Of a DNA stretch of 64,000 bases, positions 12,425-24,692 are shown piece by piece. Every line of letters starts with the position of its first letter. The first letter of the stretch is position 1. A program made the translations under genes and the position numbers. The DNA comes from Eledone cirrhosa (lineage: Eukaryota), in assembly GCA_964016885.1 (NCBI GenBank), contig OZ024743.1, positions 52,452,001 to 52,516,000 of the forward strand, read 5' to 3'. The notes beneath the pieces are model-generated. The model saw only the letters and a program-made list of their open reading frames with translations. It ran no database searches and was not told where the DNA came from.

Positions 12425-12509
<85 letters not shown>

Positions 12510-12663
12510 TATATATATATAATTAAAAGTTTAACAAGGTTCAATGAATTAATCAATGAATAAAGTTTCACAATAGATTAGAAGCACTCTACAAAGGGTT
12601 TTCAGGAGTTATTAATATTACTTCAAAATATTAATAAATATAGACATTCATGTGATCAAATAT

Positions 12664-12727
12664 ATTTTATTATACATATTTCAGAGGTACTGAGCTATTT
12701 CAACAGTACGTCCTCATCAGATAAAAT
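12664..12727 (-). ncRNA. Hammerhead motif (family D, minus arm)
   Basis: Reverse complement of 13237-13300 with one substitution. Confidence 0.82.
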
Positions 12728-13236
12728 AAGTTGATGCCTGACATACCTTGACTATGTTGATGGTTATAATTCAGTCATGGCAGATATTCCCCCCCCCCCT
12801 ATCTAATTATACACAATTTATACGTTACAATGCATATCTTCCTCCCTTTGTTTATACTATTAAACTTATTTTCATTTCTTCCTTCTCTCTGTCCTTTGAT
12901 CATTTCTCCCTTCTTTTGTTCCTACGATCAAATCTCTTTCTTTTTCTCTCTTTCCTCATGATTTGCTTTCTCGATCTCTCACTTCCTCTATCTGCAATAA
13001 TGAGGTATGCATATATTGTTATTATTTAAATGTTTAACAGTCATATAAGTTTATGTATTATATATTATTAGTTATTTATATATCTTTATACACATTCTCA
13101 TACGCACCCTCTGTATTATATGTAAGTTTTCATGTTTCAACTTAAGGTATATAAATATTGAGTTTTGTCATAACTAATCACTGCCATGGCTGAATTATAA
13201 CCATCAACATAGTCAAGGTATGGCAGGCATCAACTT

Positions 13237-13300
13237 ATTTTATCTGATGAGGACGTACTGTTGAAATAGCTCAGTATCTCTGAAATATGTATAATAAAAT
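13237..13300 (+). ncRNA. Hammerhead motif (family D)
   Basis: attttat-CTGATGA-ggacgtactg...cagtatctct-GAAA-tatgtaT-A-ataaaat, with a 7-bp stem I. Confidence 0.82.
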
Positions 13301-13315
13301 ATATTTGATCACATG

Positions 13316-13318
<3 letters not shown>

Positions 13319-13349
<31 letters not shown>

Positions 13350-13723
13350 GTTTAACGTCCATGTTCCACGCTTGCATGGGTTTGGACGGGAGTTTTCCCA
13401 CTTGAGGCAAGAGTGGTTGTCTTGCTCGCATAGGACTGTCTGGCGGGTTTTCTACAGCTGGATGCCCTTCCTAACACCAACCACATTTACAGTGTGGGGC
13501 TGGGAGGTTTTTACCGTGTTGCCTACACGGCCACATTACAGCATGGACTGTCTGGCGGGTTTTCTACAGCTGGATGCCCTTCCTAACACCAACCACATTT
13601 ACAGTGTGGGACTGGGAGGTTTTTACCGTGTTGCCTACACGGCCACATTACAGCGTGGACTGTGTGTTTTTTGTCGTGACACCTACACGATCTCATTTGT
13701 TTCGGCCTGGATGTTGTGGCACC
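13319..13723 (-). mobile_element. 5'-truncated RTE 3' UTR insertion with (GAT)n tail and an internal ~110-bp duplication
   Basis: Matches the 3' UTR of the RTE at 53580-53870. Confidence 0.85.
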
Positions 13724-13980
13724 AATGTCTATATTTATTAATATTTTGAAGTAATATATATATATATATAAATATATATGAAAACAGGGAGAAAGAGACG
13801 ACTATGAGGAAGAAAAATATTTTTTTCCCCTTTTTTTTTGTCTCTTTTATATATATATATTAAAATAACAGATTAAAGTTTAAGCAAAGAATCGCTGCTT
13901 TCACCATTAACGGGATCTTCTGAAACTAAAAAAATCAATCTGTGAACGCAAAAGTAAATATTTCGAAAAACCTTACACCC

Positions 13981-14013
<33 letters not shown>

Positions 14014-14254
14014 TATATATACATATATACACACACACACAGATAGCGACGTCATAATGGCGTAATGCAGACAGCCAGACATACAGCCAGATATTATAAG
14101 GGCGCAACGTTATATCTATGTATCTATCTAACTAAGAGTTATAGATTATTTTGGCTTGATTTCTACAGCTGGATGCCCTTCCTAACACCAACCGCATTTA
14201 CAGTGAGTGCTGGGTGCTTTTTTGCCGTGGCACCTCCACGACCACTTTGCAGTG

Positions 14255-14424
14255 GAATGATAGGGACTCCAGTCCCTATCATCTCATTTCTACACCTGAG
14301 TAAACTGGAACAATGTGAAATAAAGTGTCTTGCTCAAGGAAACAACACATCACCCGGTCTGAGAATTGAACTCACAACCTTTTGATTGCAAGGCCAATGC
14401 TCTAACCACTAAGCCATGTGCCTC
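14255..14424 (-). mobile_element. tRNA-derived CORE-type SINE (related copies at ~17300-17422, 43550-43800, 46915-47168, ~38010-38095)
   Basis: Minus strand has A-box tggcttagtgg, B-box gagttcaattct and CORE-like ccttgagcaagacactttatttcacattg. Confidence 0.75.
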
Positions 14425-14482
14425 TCTATATATATAATATGGAAAACGAAGAATCAGTGATGCATCGGAACACAAATTTATT

Positions 14483-14575
14483 ACTTATTACAAATGTTTC
14501 TCCAGCGAACAGCTCGAGGTGCGATCTGTTTGTGGATTGAACCTGACTCTGGATTTGCAAGTTCTTCAGATACGT
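14483..14575 (-). ncRNA. Hammerhead motif with an expanded (62-nt) stem II
   Basis: Reverse complement reads acgtat-CTGAAGA-[62 nt with internal hairpins]-GAAA-catttgT-A-ataagt. Confidence 0.55.
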
Positions 14576-15189
14576 CTAGTGATTTTGAAGCAAATCCTCT
14601 TTCTGCTGGACTCTGCCCTTCGATTTTCTATGATCTGCCTTCATCCTGTTTGTGCTATACTCAGACTAGTTGGTATTTCGGGACGTCATCTTTGTGTATT
14701 TGACCATTCAAATTTGCCCACTGACCATTTCCATTCAGGCGTGATCTGTCACTCACCCTAATCCTGTCGCCAGAAATTACTGCTCAGTGTATGAGAGGTT
14801 TTATGACCTCTCCTGCCACTCCCTGGTTTACCCGGCCCTCCACACACATAGACATTCCTAGCTGTTAATCGCACACTTATCTGTGCGGACATACATACAC
14901 ACACACACACGAAGAGCCTGCGTATTTGCGTTCACACATGTACATGCATATATTCACCTTTCATATATATTTTTACATTCTCCCTTCTGACGGATAAGTG
15001 TTCCAATAGAACACCCTGCTCCTGAAATTAGTGTGAGCGGCTGAGCATCCCTCAGACATATGTACCCATAATGTTGTTCTTGAGGAGACATAGCAAGTGG
15101 CTGAGTATTCCACAGCTACGTGTTCTGTGAAGTAGTTTTCATGGAGATTCATCGTTACACAATATGTGGAGGAGCATCTCAGTCATGTG

Positions 15190-16040
15190 CACCCTTAACA
15201 TAATTCTCAGGGAGGTTTAGTCTCACAGCGATAAGGCTGGCCCTTTTACTTGTATTATAATGCTAGTGACTGAACATTCCCCTAACACGTGTACCTCTTA
15301 ACACAGTGCTCAGGGAGGTTTAGTGTCACAGCGATAAGGCTGGTCCTTTTACTTGTATTATAATGCTAGTGACTGAACATTCCCCTAACACGTGTACCTC
15401 TTAACACAGTGCTCAGGGAGGTTTAGTGTCACAGCGATAAGGCTGGTCCTTTTACTTGTATTATAATACTAGTGGCTGAACATTCCACTAACACGTGTAC
15501 CTCTTAACACAGTGCTCAGGGAGGTTTAGTGTCACAGCGATAAGGCTGGTCCTTTTACTTGTATTATAATACTAGTGGCTGAACATTCCACTAACACGTG
15601 TACCTCTTAACACAGTGCTCAGGGAGGTTTAGTCTCACAGCGATAAGGCTGGTCCTTTTACTTGTATTATAATGCTAGTGACTGAACATTCCACTAACAC
15701 GTGTACCTCTTAACACAGTGCTCAGGGAGGTTTAGTGTCACAGCGATAAGGCTGGTCCTTTTACTTGTATTATAATACTAGTGGCTGAACATTCCACTAA
15801 CACGTGTACCTCTTAACACAGTGCTCAGGGAGATTTAGTCTCACAGCGATAAGGCTGGCCCTTTTACTTGTATTATAATGCTAGTGACTGAACATTCCAC
15901 TAACACGTGTACCTCTTAACACAGTGCTCAGGGAGGTTTAGTGTCACAGCGATAAGGCTGGTCCTTTTACTTGTATTATAATACTAGTGGCTGAACATTC
16001 CACTAACACGTGTACCTCTTAACACAGTGCTCAGGGAGAT
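15190..16040. repeat. 103-bp tandem repeat, about 8 copies
   Basis: gtacctctta recurs at 15291, 15394, 15497 and onward. Diverged monomers lie upstream and, on the minus strand, at ~33740-35010. Confidence 0.95.
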
Positions 16041-16407
16041 TCGGCGTTACACAGTGTATGAATTACAGCCACAGTCTATCTGACAGGCTAGCAAGCAGCT
16101 TGTCTACCCAATTTCATTCATAAGTCTTGACTTGGCAGTAAGACACTTATCCAATGTGCCGTGCAGTGGGATTGAATCCAGAATCTCATAATTGTGAAGC
16201 AAACTTCTTAATTATTTGGCTATACATACCTACTTACATACTCACATACATACACACATAAATACATAATACTTACATACACAAATACATACATACTTAC
16301 ACTCACATACATAAATACATAACTACGTACATACACACATACATAAATACATGCATACTTACATACACACATACATAAATGAATGCATATATACTAATGT
16401 ACATACA

Positions 16408-16592
16408 TACCGTTTTTATTTTATTGTCATATAGGACACCTCCTCCCCCGGAGATATAAGACACCCCCTCATTTCAGCTGGGAATACTAAGAAAACAGCC
16501 AACAGATATCTCAACTCTGCATATAAGACCCAGGTGTTATTTTTTGAGAAACTAGGTGTCTTATATATATATATATACCATCAAATACTGTA
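16408..16592. mobile_element. Degenerate pogo/Tigger-like MITE
   Basis: ta-ccgt...ataagacacc internal motifs...gtgtcttata...aaatactg-ta. Confidence 0.4.
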
Positions 16593-17645
16593 CATCTATA
16601 GACTCATGTATATATACATATGGCCTTACTGCCATCCACACACATGCACAAATACTTACATATACATACGCACACCCACCAGACATATATGTTCATATCC
16701 ATATGCTCACATTTACATACATGGAGACAGCTGCCAGCAGATATCCATGTTCGTTATTTCAATTTACCAGTTCCAATTCCCTAAGGAATATATGTAGTCA
16801 GTCCCAGGAGATCCAATTCAGAAGCAGTCACATATAGAATTACCAAAATGTTTATACATGAAATGCTAAATAAACTAAGGGCCATTCATTTCTTTCTCTG
16901 TCCCCTTCTAAATTCCAAGTTTGAAGAATCTCGAAGATTCCAGAACTTCTTTTTTACCATAATGGTTAGATGCAGGGATGGCTGTATGGTGAAGAAGTTT
17001 GCTTCACAACTACGTGGTTTTGGGTTCAGTCCTACTATGTGGCACTTGGGGACATATTTTGTTTCTTCTAATATAACCTTGTGGGTGGAATTTGGTAGAT
17101 TTGGAAACTGCATATAAATATATAAAAAGGGTAAAGACCCCCTTTAGTCATGAGTGACCATGGGATTTTTCACCTAGAAAGTTCCCCTCTAAGGCACAAG
17201 CCCGGGCAAGGTGTTTTTATGGAAGACCAGCAGTCGCCTATGTATACCAGTTTCTCTTTCCAAGGAAAAGGCAAAGGTTGATACAGCTTGGCACCAGTGA
17301 ACTGAGGCAACATGAAATAAAATGTCTTGCTCAAAGACACAACACATCGCCCGGTCTGGGAATCAAACTCATAACCTCACGATTGTGAATCCAATTCTCT
17401 AATCCCTGAGCCACATGCCTTCATATTGTAGGAAAGTAAAGGAGGGAGACATATATATAACTGAATAGATTGGAACAACCAGAAATGGTCTTGTTCATGA
17501 ACCAAATATGCCATTACTCCAACAACCTTACAACTAGATCACATACCTTCACACATCTTTCATGTTTTTCCTGAAAAGGAAGTGGGTTCCACCAGAAGGA
17601 AGAAGTAAAAGGAGGATAACCAAAAAAAGATATTACGAGATACTT

Positions 17646-17795
17646 TTAACTCTTTAGCATTTACATTACTCTATATTTACTATTTTGAGAACAATACCTT
17701 AACATCAGTATCAGTGGCCAGTTATAGCTAGTTTGAACTGAAAGAGGTGAGAAAGTTCTGGCCGGATATGGCCGGTTTAAATGCTAAAGAGTTCA
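17646..17795 (+). mobile_element. piggyBac-type MITE (short copy, no internal array)
   Basis: TTAA-ctctttagcattta...taaatgctaaagag-TTCA. Same family as 22114-22313, 33791-34702 and 35010-37271. Confidence 0.7.
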
Positions 17796-17875
17796 TATCA
17801 CATTAGAAGAGGTAGATGATGAAACCCAGATCACTGGTGACGTCTTGATGTCCAGGAGGACTGTATGGCAGGAAT

Positions 17876-20032
17876 TACTGAATATACTCATATATAAGCC
17901 AAGAAATACGTGACATTGGGTCGACTTATATTCAAGGTCAATATTTTCTTGATTTTAACCAACTTTAATTAATTTTCTACATAAATCATCATCATCTTCG
18001 TTTAACGTCCATCTTCCACGCTAGCATGGGTTAGACGGGAGTTGTCCCACTTGAGGCAAGGTTGGTCAGGTGACCGTGTCTTGCTCATATTGAACTATCT
18101 GGCAGGGTTTCTACGGCTGGATGCCCTTGTAAACACCAACCACATTTACAGTGTGGAACTGGGAACTTTTTACCGTGTTACCTACACGGCCACATTACAG
18201 CGTGGACTGTGTGTTTTTTTCTCGTGATACCTACACGATCTCGATCTCATTTATTTGGACTGGATGTTGTGCTACCAACTTTATAGAGAGAGGGTGGTGT
18301 TGGTGGGAGTAGGAGGATAGGGTAGGGTAGTGGATTGGGGTGTATATTTGGTTAAGAAGTGCCTACTGACTGTAGGTTTCGCTTTGTACATAGGCAAGGC
18401 GTAGCGCCAAAGATCTCGGTCCAGTGACATTGTCTTAGCGAGGTGCAAGTGTGTAAGGTCGGAATTTATCAGATCGTCCCAGGTTTTTCTGGGTCTACCT
18501 ACTCCGTAATTACCATCAATTTTGATCACCCTGCACTTTTTTTATACAGCTGTCGTCTTTCATGTGCATCACATGGCAATACCAACGTAGTCTTCTCTCG
18601 AGTAAACAGCATCTGATCCCTCTTATTCCTAATTTCTCACTTAGTTCATTTATGCTTTGCCGTTCACGTATATTACTATTATACATCCAATGGAGCATAC
18701 ATGCTTCGTTCCTTTCCAGTCTATGCAGGTCCTCTGCACGCAATGCCCATGTCTCACTGCTATGTAGCATTGCTGTTCGTATACAAGCATCATACAATCT
18801 GCCTTTCATTTTTAGAGAGAAACCTTGTGTGTCCAACAGCGGTATAAGCTCTCTGAACTTTTTCCATCCAGTTCTGACTCTGGCTACTGTACTTTCAGAA
18901 CACCCTCCACCACTGGTGATTTCGTCACCCAGGTAACGGAAACTGTCTACTATTTCTATAGAACCATCTGGGCAATAGAAGGGGCTAGTATCCTGTGGAC
19001 ACTTGCTACCTATTGCACCTGAGCATCGGCCACATATAAAGTCTACGTTCTTAGATAGTTTACCTGTGATCCCACTACATCTTTTATGTGCCCATACTTT
19101 GCATTTGGGACATAAAATTGAATTTCTGCCTACTCCTTTCCTACACACTGAGCAAGGCCATTTCCCTGAGGGTACCTGTGCCTTATTTTCCTTTCTACAA
19201 ACTAGGAATTTAGTCTTAGACAAGTTAACTTTAAGGCCTTGTGATTCTAGGCCATGCTTCCATGTTTGGAATTTCTTTTCTAGTTCAGCCATTGATTCAG
19301 CTATGAACGTTAGATCAACTGCGTATAGGAGTTCCCATGGGCAGCCGGTCTTGAACTCCTCTGTTATAGCCTGAAGGGCAATAATAAATAGGAGGGGGCT
19401 AAGGACAGAGCCTTGGTGAACACCAACTTTTACACTAAATTCTTCACAATATTAATTCTAACCTTACTGACTGTTTCATTATACATAGCTTGTATAGCTC
19501 TCACAAGCCATTCATCTACACTTAGTTTTCTAAGAGCCCACCAAATAATGGAGCGGGGGACTCTGTCAAAGGCTTTTTCCAGGTCTACAAAAGCTAAGTA
19601 GAGGGGTTTACTTTTAGCTAGGTACTTCTCTTGTAGTTGTCATACAAGGAAAAGAGCATCTGTGGTACTTTTGTACTAAAATATTTTCACATTGGAGGTG
19701 AAAATTACCGGCTTCACTCTGGTGGTGAAATTTAGTTTTTATGTGTTTTGAAGGAATATGGCCTTCAGAACGATCAGAAATTGGTCAAAGGTCACTTAAA
19801 ACCTCATCATCATCATCGTTTTAACATCTACTTTCCCTGCTGGCAAGGGTTGGACAAACATTTTAAATATCAAAATATAAAAAATTCATAAATCTAGTTT
19901 CCACTTATGAGATTTTCTAAACTACATTTAAACATGTGTTCACTAGCTGCCTCGACTTATCTATGGGGTTTGTAATTTTACCAGTTTCTCGGTCATAAAA
20001 CAGGGTTGGCTTATATTCAAGTATATACAGTA
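17876..20032. mobile_element. pogo/Tc1-mariner-type MITE hosting an RTE insertion
   Basis: TA-ctgaatatactcatatataagcc and ggcttatattcaagtatatacag-TA form ~23-bp imperfect TIRs with TA TSD. Confidence 0.7.
17984..19673 (-). mobile_element. Older 5'-truncated RTE LINE with frameshifts
   Basis: Clear homology to the RTE ORF at 50722-53471 (RT C-terminus and PHD finger), plus 3' UTR and (GAT)n tail. Confidence 0.92.
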
Positions 20033-20081
20033 AGTATTACTACCAGTAAAAATGTTTCATCAGAATCTAAGCAATTTCAAT

Positions 20082-20475
20082 TTAACCTTTTTGGCACCAA
20101 AATACCTGAAACCATCCCTGGTTCAATAGTACAAAACTGCTTGTTTTAAAGTATTTATATTTATCTTTCATCAGAATTCTATGTAAAGTTATGTTCAAAA
20201 TACTATCTTAATAATAAGAAAGTTAGTTATATTACTAAATCTCTCCAAATTCTTCCTTTTTTCAAAATTATTCGAAAATATGGCCATGAAATAGTGTTTA
20301 TATATATGTAAAAATCTCCTGTTGTAACTTTATGTAAGAACCTTTGTTAAGGTATGTTCCAAATATTAGAATAATAAGAAAATCAGTTATTTCACTAAAA
20401 CTCTCCAAATTTTTGATTATTTTCAAAATGATTTCAAAATCATATTATGTTTTTCATTGGTAACAAAAGGGTTAA
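20082..20475. mobile_element. piggyBac-type MITE, second family
   Basis: TTAA-cctttttggcacca...tggtaacaaaaggg-TTAA. Confidence 0.6.
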
Positions 20476-21098
20476 AATAAGAGAACTTACTGTGACATTT
20501 CAATGTTATTGTTTAGAACAATACCTTGTCTTCAAAATTCATTTATTAAATTAAATTCAAGGAATTAAAGAAATTAAAAAAAAAATCCTTTATTTTTATA
20601 TTTCAAAGGAATAAAACCAATTACAGGTTGACTTTCTTTAAAAAAAAACTGATGGAAATTCTTCATCATTTTCTTATTTCTTTCCATTCATATTCTTTTA
20701 TCCTTTTACTGGTTTCAGTCATTAGACTGTGGCCATGCTGGAGCATTGCCTTGAGCTGGGCTTTTCCAAAGAACGTCCTTATTACAAAGTTGTAAAAGTA
20801 ATTTTTTTAGAAAGAAGCAAGGGGGGAGAGAGAGAGAAAGGGAGAAAGAGACTGAGAAAGGGAGGTAAAAAATATTCATATTCCAAGCTATAATAATGAG
20901 TTTATAATGAAATAATAATTATGAATTGTGCTACTACGAAAACAGAAACCTTTATATATATATATGTGTGAGTGTGTGTGTGTGTTAGCATGTATATATA
21001 TATATATATAAATATATATACATGCTAACACATGTAAATATATATATACATATACATACATACATATATATACACATATATATATATACATATATATA

Positions 21099-21238
<140 letters not shown>

Positions 21239-21525
21239 CACATACATATACATATATATATATATATACATACATATATATCAATACAGTTTATATGGAG
21301 TGTTTCAGAGTCTTTGGTTGATGTGTGTATATTTATTTCATTGACTCATATATATTATTGTTTTATTTTGTTTTTTCTTTAATCATCATCATCACCATTA
21401 TTCTCCTCTCATCTTCATCAGCATTATTTTTTTTGTCTTTTCTTTTTCTTTTGTTGTTTATTTGTTTCCTTGCATGTCTCGCTGTAGAGATGGGAGCTTC
21501 TTCCATGCTTCTTTTCCATTTTATT

Positions 21526-21805
21526 CTACACAAAGATGAACCCTTTCTCATTCTCTAAGTGACATGTGCAGTCTTCATGTTTGGTGGTCATCACCCAATC
21601 GCCGTGACAGTGTGGCACATCCATAGCATGCCAGCTGGTAATTTCATTGGTCACACCATGCCCTTTGCACCTTAAGCCTAGCTCCGTACTCATAGCCAGT
21701 GGTTGACACTCCACACACACTTTTTCCTTCTTCCTCAAAATGCTGGCCCACTCGCTGGAGTTACATCCCTCTCGGCTGCTTGTGATCAGATAGGTGGCAC
21801 AGTAA
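21526..21805 (-). CDS. SBSPON: Last coding exon of a somatomedin-B and thrombospondin type-1 domain-containing protein (RPE-spondin) homologue
   Basis: Acceptor ttctttgtttcag, then YCATYLITSSREGCNSSEWASILRKKEKVCVECQPLAMSTELGLRCKGHG...WHAMDVPHCHGDWVMTTKHEDCTCHLENEKGFIFV*. This matches the recalled SBSPON C-terminal pattern (VCVDCQPPAM...RC.G.G...W......C.G.W......C.C....FIFI). Confidence 0.85.
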
Positions 21806-22113
21806 CTGAAACAAAGAAAAGAGGTAAATATCAGTAGGTTTATCTTTGTTATTGTTGTTTAGTTCTAGGTCTCAAAAACATTCACACTGTACCTCAGACT
21901 ACATCATCTATCATGTCCTTGTCAAAGGGTTTGATATCAGAGAGATTTGGTGGCTACTTCACCAGAGATTTCACTATTTCTAATCAGTATGCGATGGACT
22001 GGCGTCCTGTCCATGGGGGAGTCTTGTACTCTCAGTCGCTTCACGCCATGAAACTGGGATAAGCACCGGCCAAATGAACCTTCTGGCTTAAGACAGACTT
22101 TAGAATGTATGGT

Positions 22114-22313
22114 TTAACCCTTTAACATTGACATTACTCTATATATACTATTGTATTTTTATGGTAAACACTTTATCTCACATAACATCGAATCTATGAG
22201 ATTTTATTATTTATTTTGAGAACAATACCTTAACATAAGTATGAGTGCCTGGTTATAGACAATCTAAACAGAAAGAGGCGAAAGAATTCTGGCCGGATAT
22301 GCTAAAGGGTTAA
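22114..22313 (+). mobile_element. piggyBac-type MITE (short copy)
   Basis: TTAA-ccctttaacatt...gctaaaggg-TTAA, containing a single copy of the 72-bp unit motif. Confidence 0.75.
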
Positions 22314-22589
22314 GGGAGATTGTTATCAATACATTAGCTAAAATTATTCATCATACATACAAGGAATAATATAAAATGTTATTTAGGAGTTTGTAAAGTT
22401 AATAATATTCAGTAAATGCAGAAACACCTCTCTGACTTGGGTGTAGAGTCTCTCACCCTCCCCCTTTCTTAATAATCCTTACCATTCCCCTCCTTCTCAT
22501 TTATAGTCTTTTGCAATACTACTTTCTCTTTCTTAGATGGATTTCTGTTGATTTGTTTCTTTAGAATATTTCATATTCATTAAATATAC

Positions 22590-22750
22590 TATGGTCCTTT
22601 ATGTTCTGAGTTCAAATCCTGTCAACGTCAGCTTTGCCTTTCATCCTTACGGGGTCGATAAAATAAAGTACCAGTAATGCACTGGGGTCGATTTAGTCGA
22701 CTTTTCCCTCCCCTTCAAATTGCTGGCCTTGTGCCTAAAGTAGAAACAAG
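22590..22750 (+). mobile_element. tRNA-derived SINE, family 2 (other copies at 35907-36060, 36930-37103, 38590-38730, 39735-39860, 41900-42060, 42890-43045, 44225-44335, 49855-49940)
   Basis: B-box gagttcaaatcc followed by conserved ctttgcctttcatccttacggggtcgataaaataaagtaccag and ...gtagaaacaat. Confidence 0.8.
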
Positions 22751-23861
22751 TATATATACTACATAAATTGTGTTTATATGTACAAAGTGGAATAAATGAA
22801 ATTATAATTTAATAGAAAAAAAAATTAAATAAGTATTTGGAAAGTTTCTAACTGGGTATTGAACAATCATTTAATGGATAGAAAACATGGATATAGCATG
22901 TCCTCCTGTTCTATGTAAGACATTTTAAGGCAGTATTCTATGATTGATGCGTTATGTCCTTGAGCAAACACTTTATTTCACGTTGCTTCTTCTACCTGGA
23001 GTTGCAACCGATAGATAGTATTAGTAATTGGAAAGACCAATGGAAACATTGTTTTCTCGGTCCAATTTGATGAAGGTCGATCGATAAAAGATTTCTATGA
23101 TTGAATCACTTCCAGAAATTCATCCTTCTTTGCTTTTTAAAATATAGTGTTGATATTCACAGTTAAATCAGTGAGCTGTGTGGTACATTGCTAATGTACG
23201 ACATAAAGATATTTTACCAATTACCCAAACCCAAGCAAAATACACAGACTGCCATGAAAGACAAAATCATGCTTGGTTTTGTACAATATTCACTGATCTT
23301 AGATGTGTAGCGGTCATCTTACGCAGTCTTCTCTGTATGTGCAAGAAGTATGATACATTTCATAACCATTTCCTCTCCATATTTCCAATGAAACACACTG
23401 TTCACAATGTTTAAATAATTTTTTCAATAATCATGAATTTTCTGCGAATAAGTAATATAACTAATTTTGTGTTTTTTAGATTTTTGTTTGAGGCATAACT
23501 GAAATGTTTTTACATAAAATTATGATGGATGGTTTTTAGATAAATACAAATATTTTATAACAAATAATTTTTTTTATTGTAGAACCAGGGGTGGTATTAC
23601 ATAGTTGGATATCAAAAGGTTATGCAGACCACCAACACCACCACCACCTAATTCCTACACAATAGTATTTGCATGTAGTACACACTCCTCTGTTACCTTC
23701 GCCCTATTTCTGTCACCCCCTCCTCCCTGTGTCTGTAACCCCCCTCTCTCCAAGACAACCTTACTTCCTTCTTTCTTTACTTCTGATGGTAAGGTTTGTA
23801 GTTAATTACCCTCGGATTCTGGTTATATAATGCTAAGCAGCTGGAAGACAAATGTGTACCT

Positions 23862-24545
23862 TGTGGTTGTTGTTGTTGGTGCAGTTATTACTGTTGTGGT
23901 GTTGGTGGTTGTTGTTGTTGTTGGTGCAGTTATTACTGTTGTGGTGTTGGTGGTTGTTGTGGTTGTTGTTGTTGGTGCAGTTATTACTGTTGTGGTGTTG
24001 GTGGTGGTTGTTGTTGTGGTGGTGTTGGTGGTTGTTGTTGTTGTGGTGTTGGTGGTTGTTGTTGTTGTGGTGTTGGTGGTTGTTGTTGTTGTGGTGTTGG
24101 TGGTTGTTGTTGTGGTGTTGATGGTTGTTGTTGTTGTGGTGTTGGTGGTTGTTGTTGTGGTGTTGATGGTTGTTGTTGTTGTGGTGTTGGTGGTTGTTGT
24201 TGTGGTGTTGATGGTTGTTGTTGTGGTGTTGGTTGTTGTTGTTGTGGTGTTGGTGGTTGTTGTTGTTGTGGTGTTGGTGGTTGTTGTTGTGGTGTTGGTG
24301 GTTGTTGTTGTGGTGTTGATGGTTGTTGCTGTGGTGTTGGTGGTGGTTGTTGTTGTGGTGTTGGTGGTTGTTGTTGTTGTGGTGTTGGTGGTTGTTGTTG
24401 TTGTTGTGGTGTTGGTGGTTGTTGTTGTGGTGTTGGTTGTTGTTGTTGTTGTGGTGTTGGTGGTTGTTGTTGTGGTGTTGGTGGTTGTTGTGGTGTTGGT
24501 GGTTGTTGTTGTTGTGGTGTTGGTGATTACTATTGGTTGTGGTAG
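23862..24545. repeat. (GTT/GTG)n trinucleotide-derived repeat
   Basis: Directly visible. Confidence 0.95.
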
Positions 24546-24692
24546 TTAATGTTGTTTAACCTCAGGTCAGTTTTGACCCTCAGACATCCCAGTCGTTGCC
24601 AGTTGCATCATCATCATCATCATCATTATCATCACTATTGGCTTTATGTCCACCTTTTTCCATGTTGGCTTGGGTTGAATGAGATTTTCTGA

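Larger units (their letters stand above)
12003..12428. mobile_element. Palindromic PLE-like element, family C
   Basis: Inverted arms centred on gcaaccttcacgg...ccgtgaaggttgc (~12170), each with a hammerhead. A second copy lies at 50017-50415. Confidence 0.8.
12520..13757. mobile_element. Inverted-repeat PLE-like element, family D (arms ~12612-12782 and 13183-13757), right arm interrupted by an RTE 3' fragment
   Basis: Arms are reverse complements around a pyrimidine-rich spacer. The right arm resumes (aatgtctatattt) after the 13319-13723 insertion. Confidence 0.75.
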
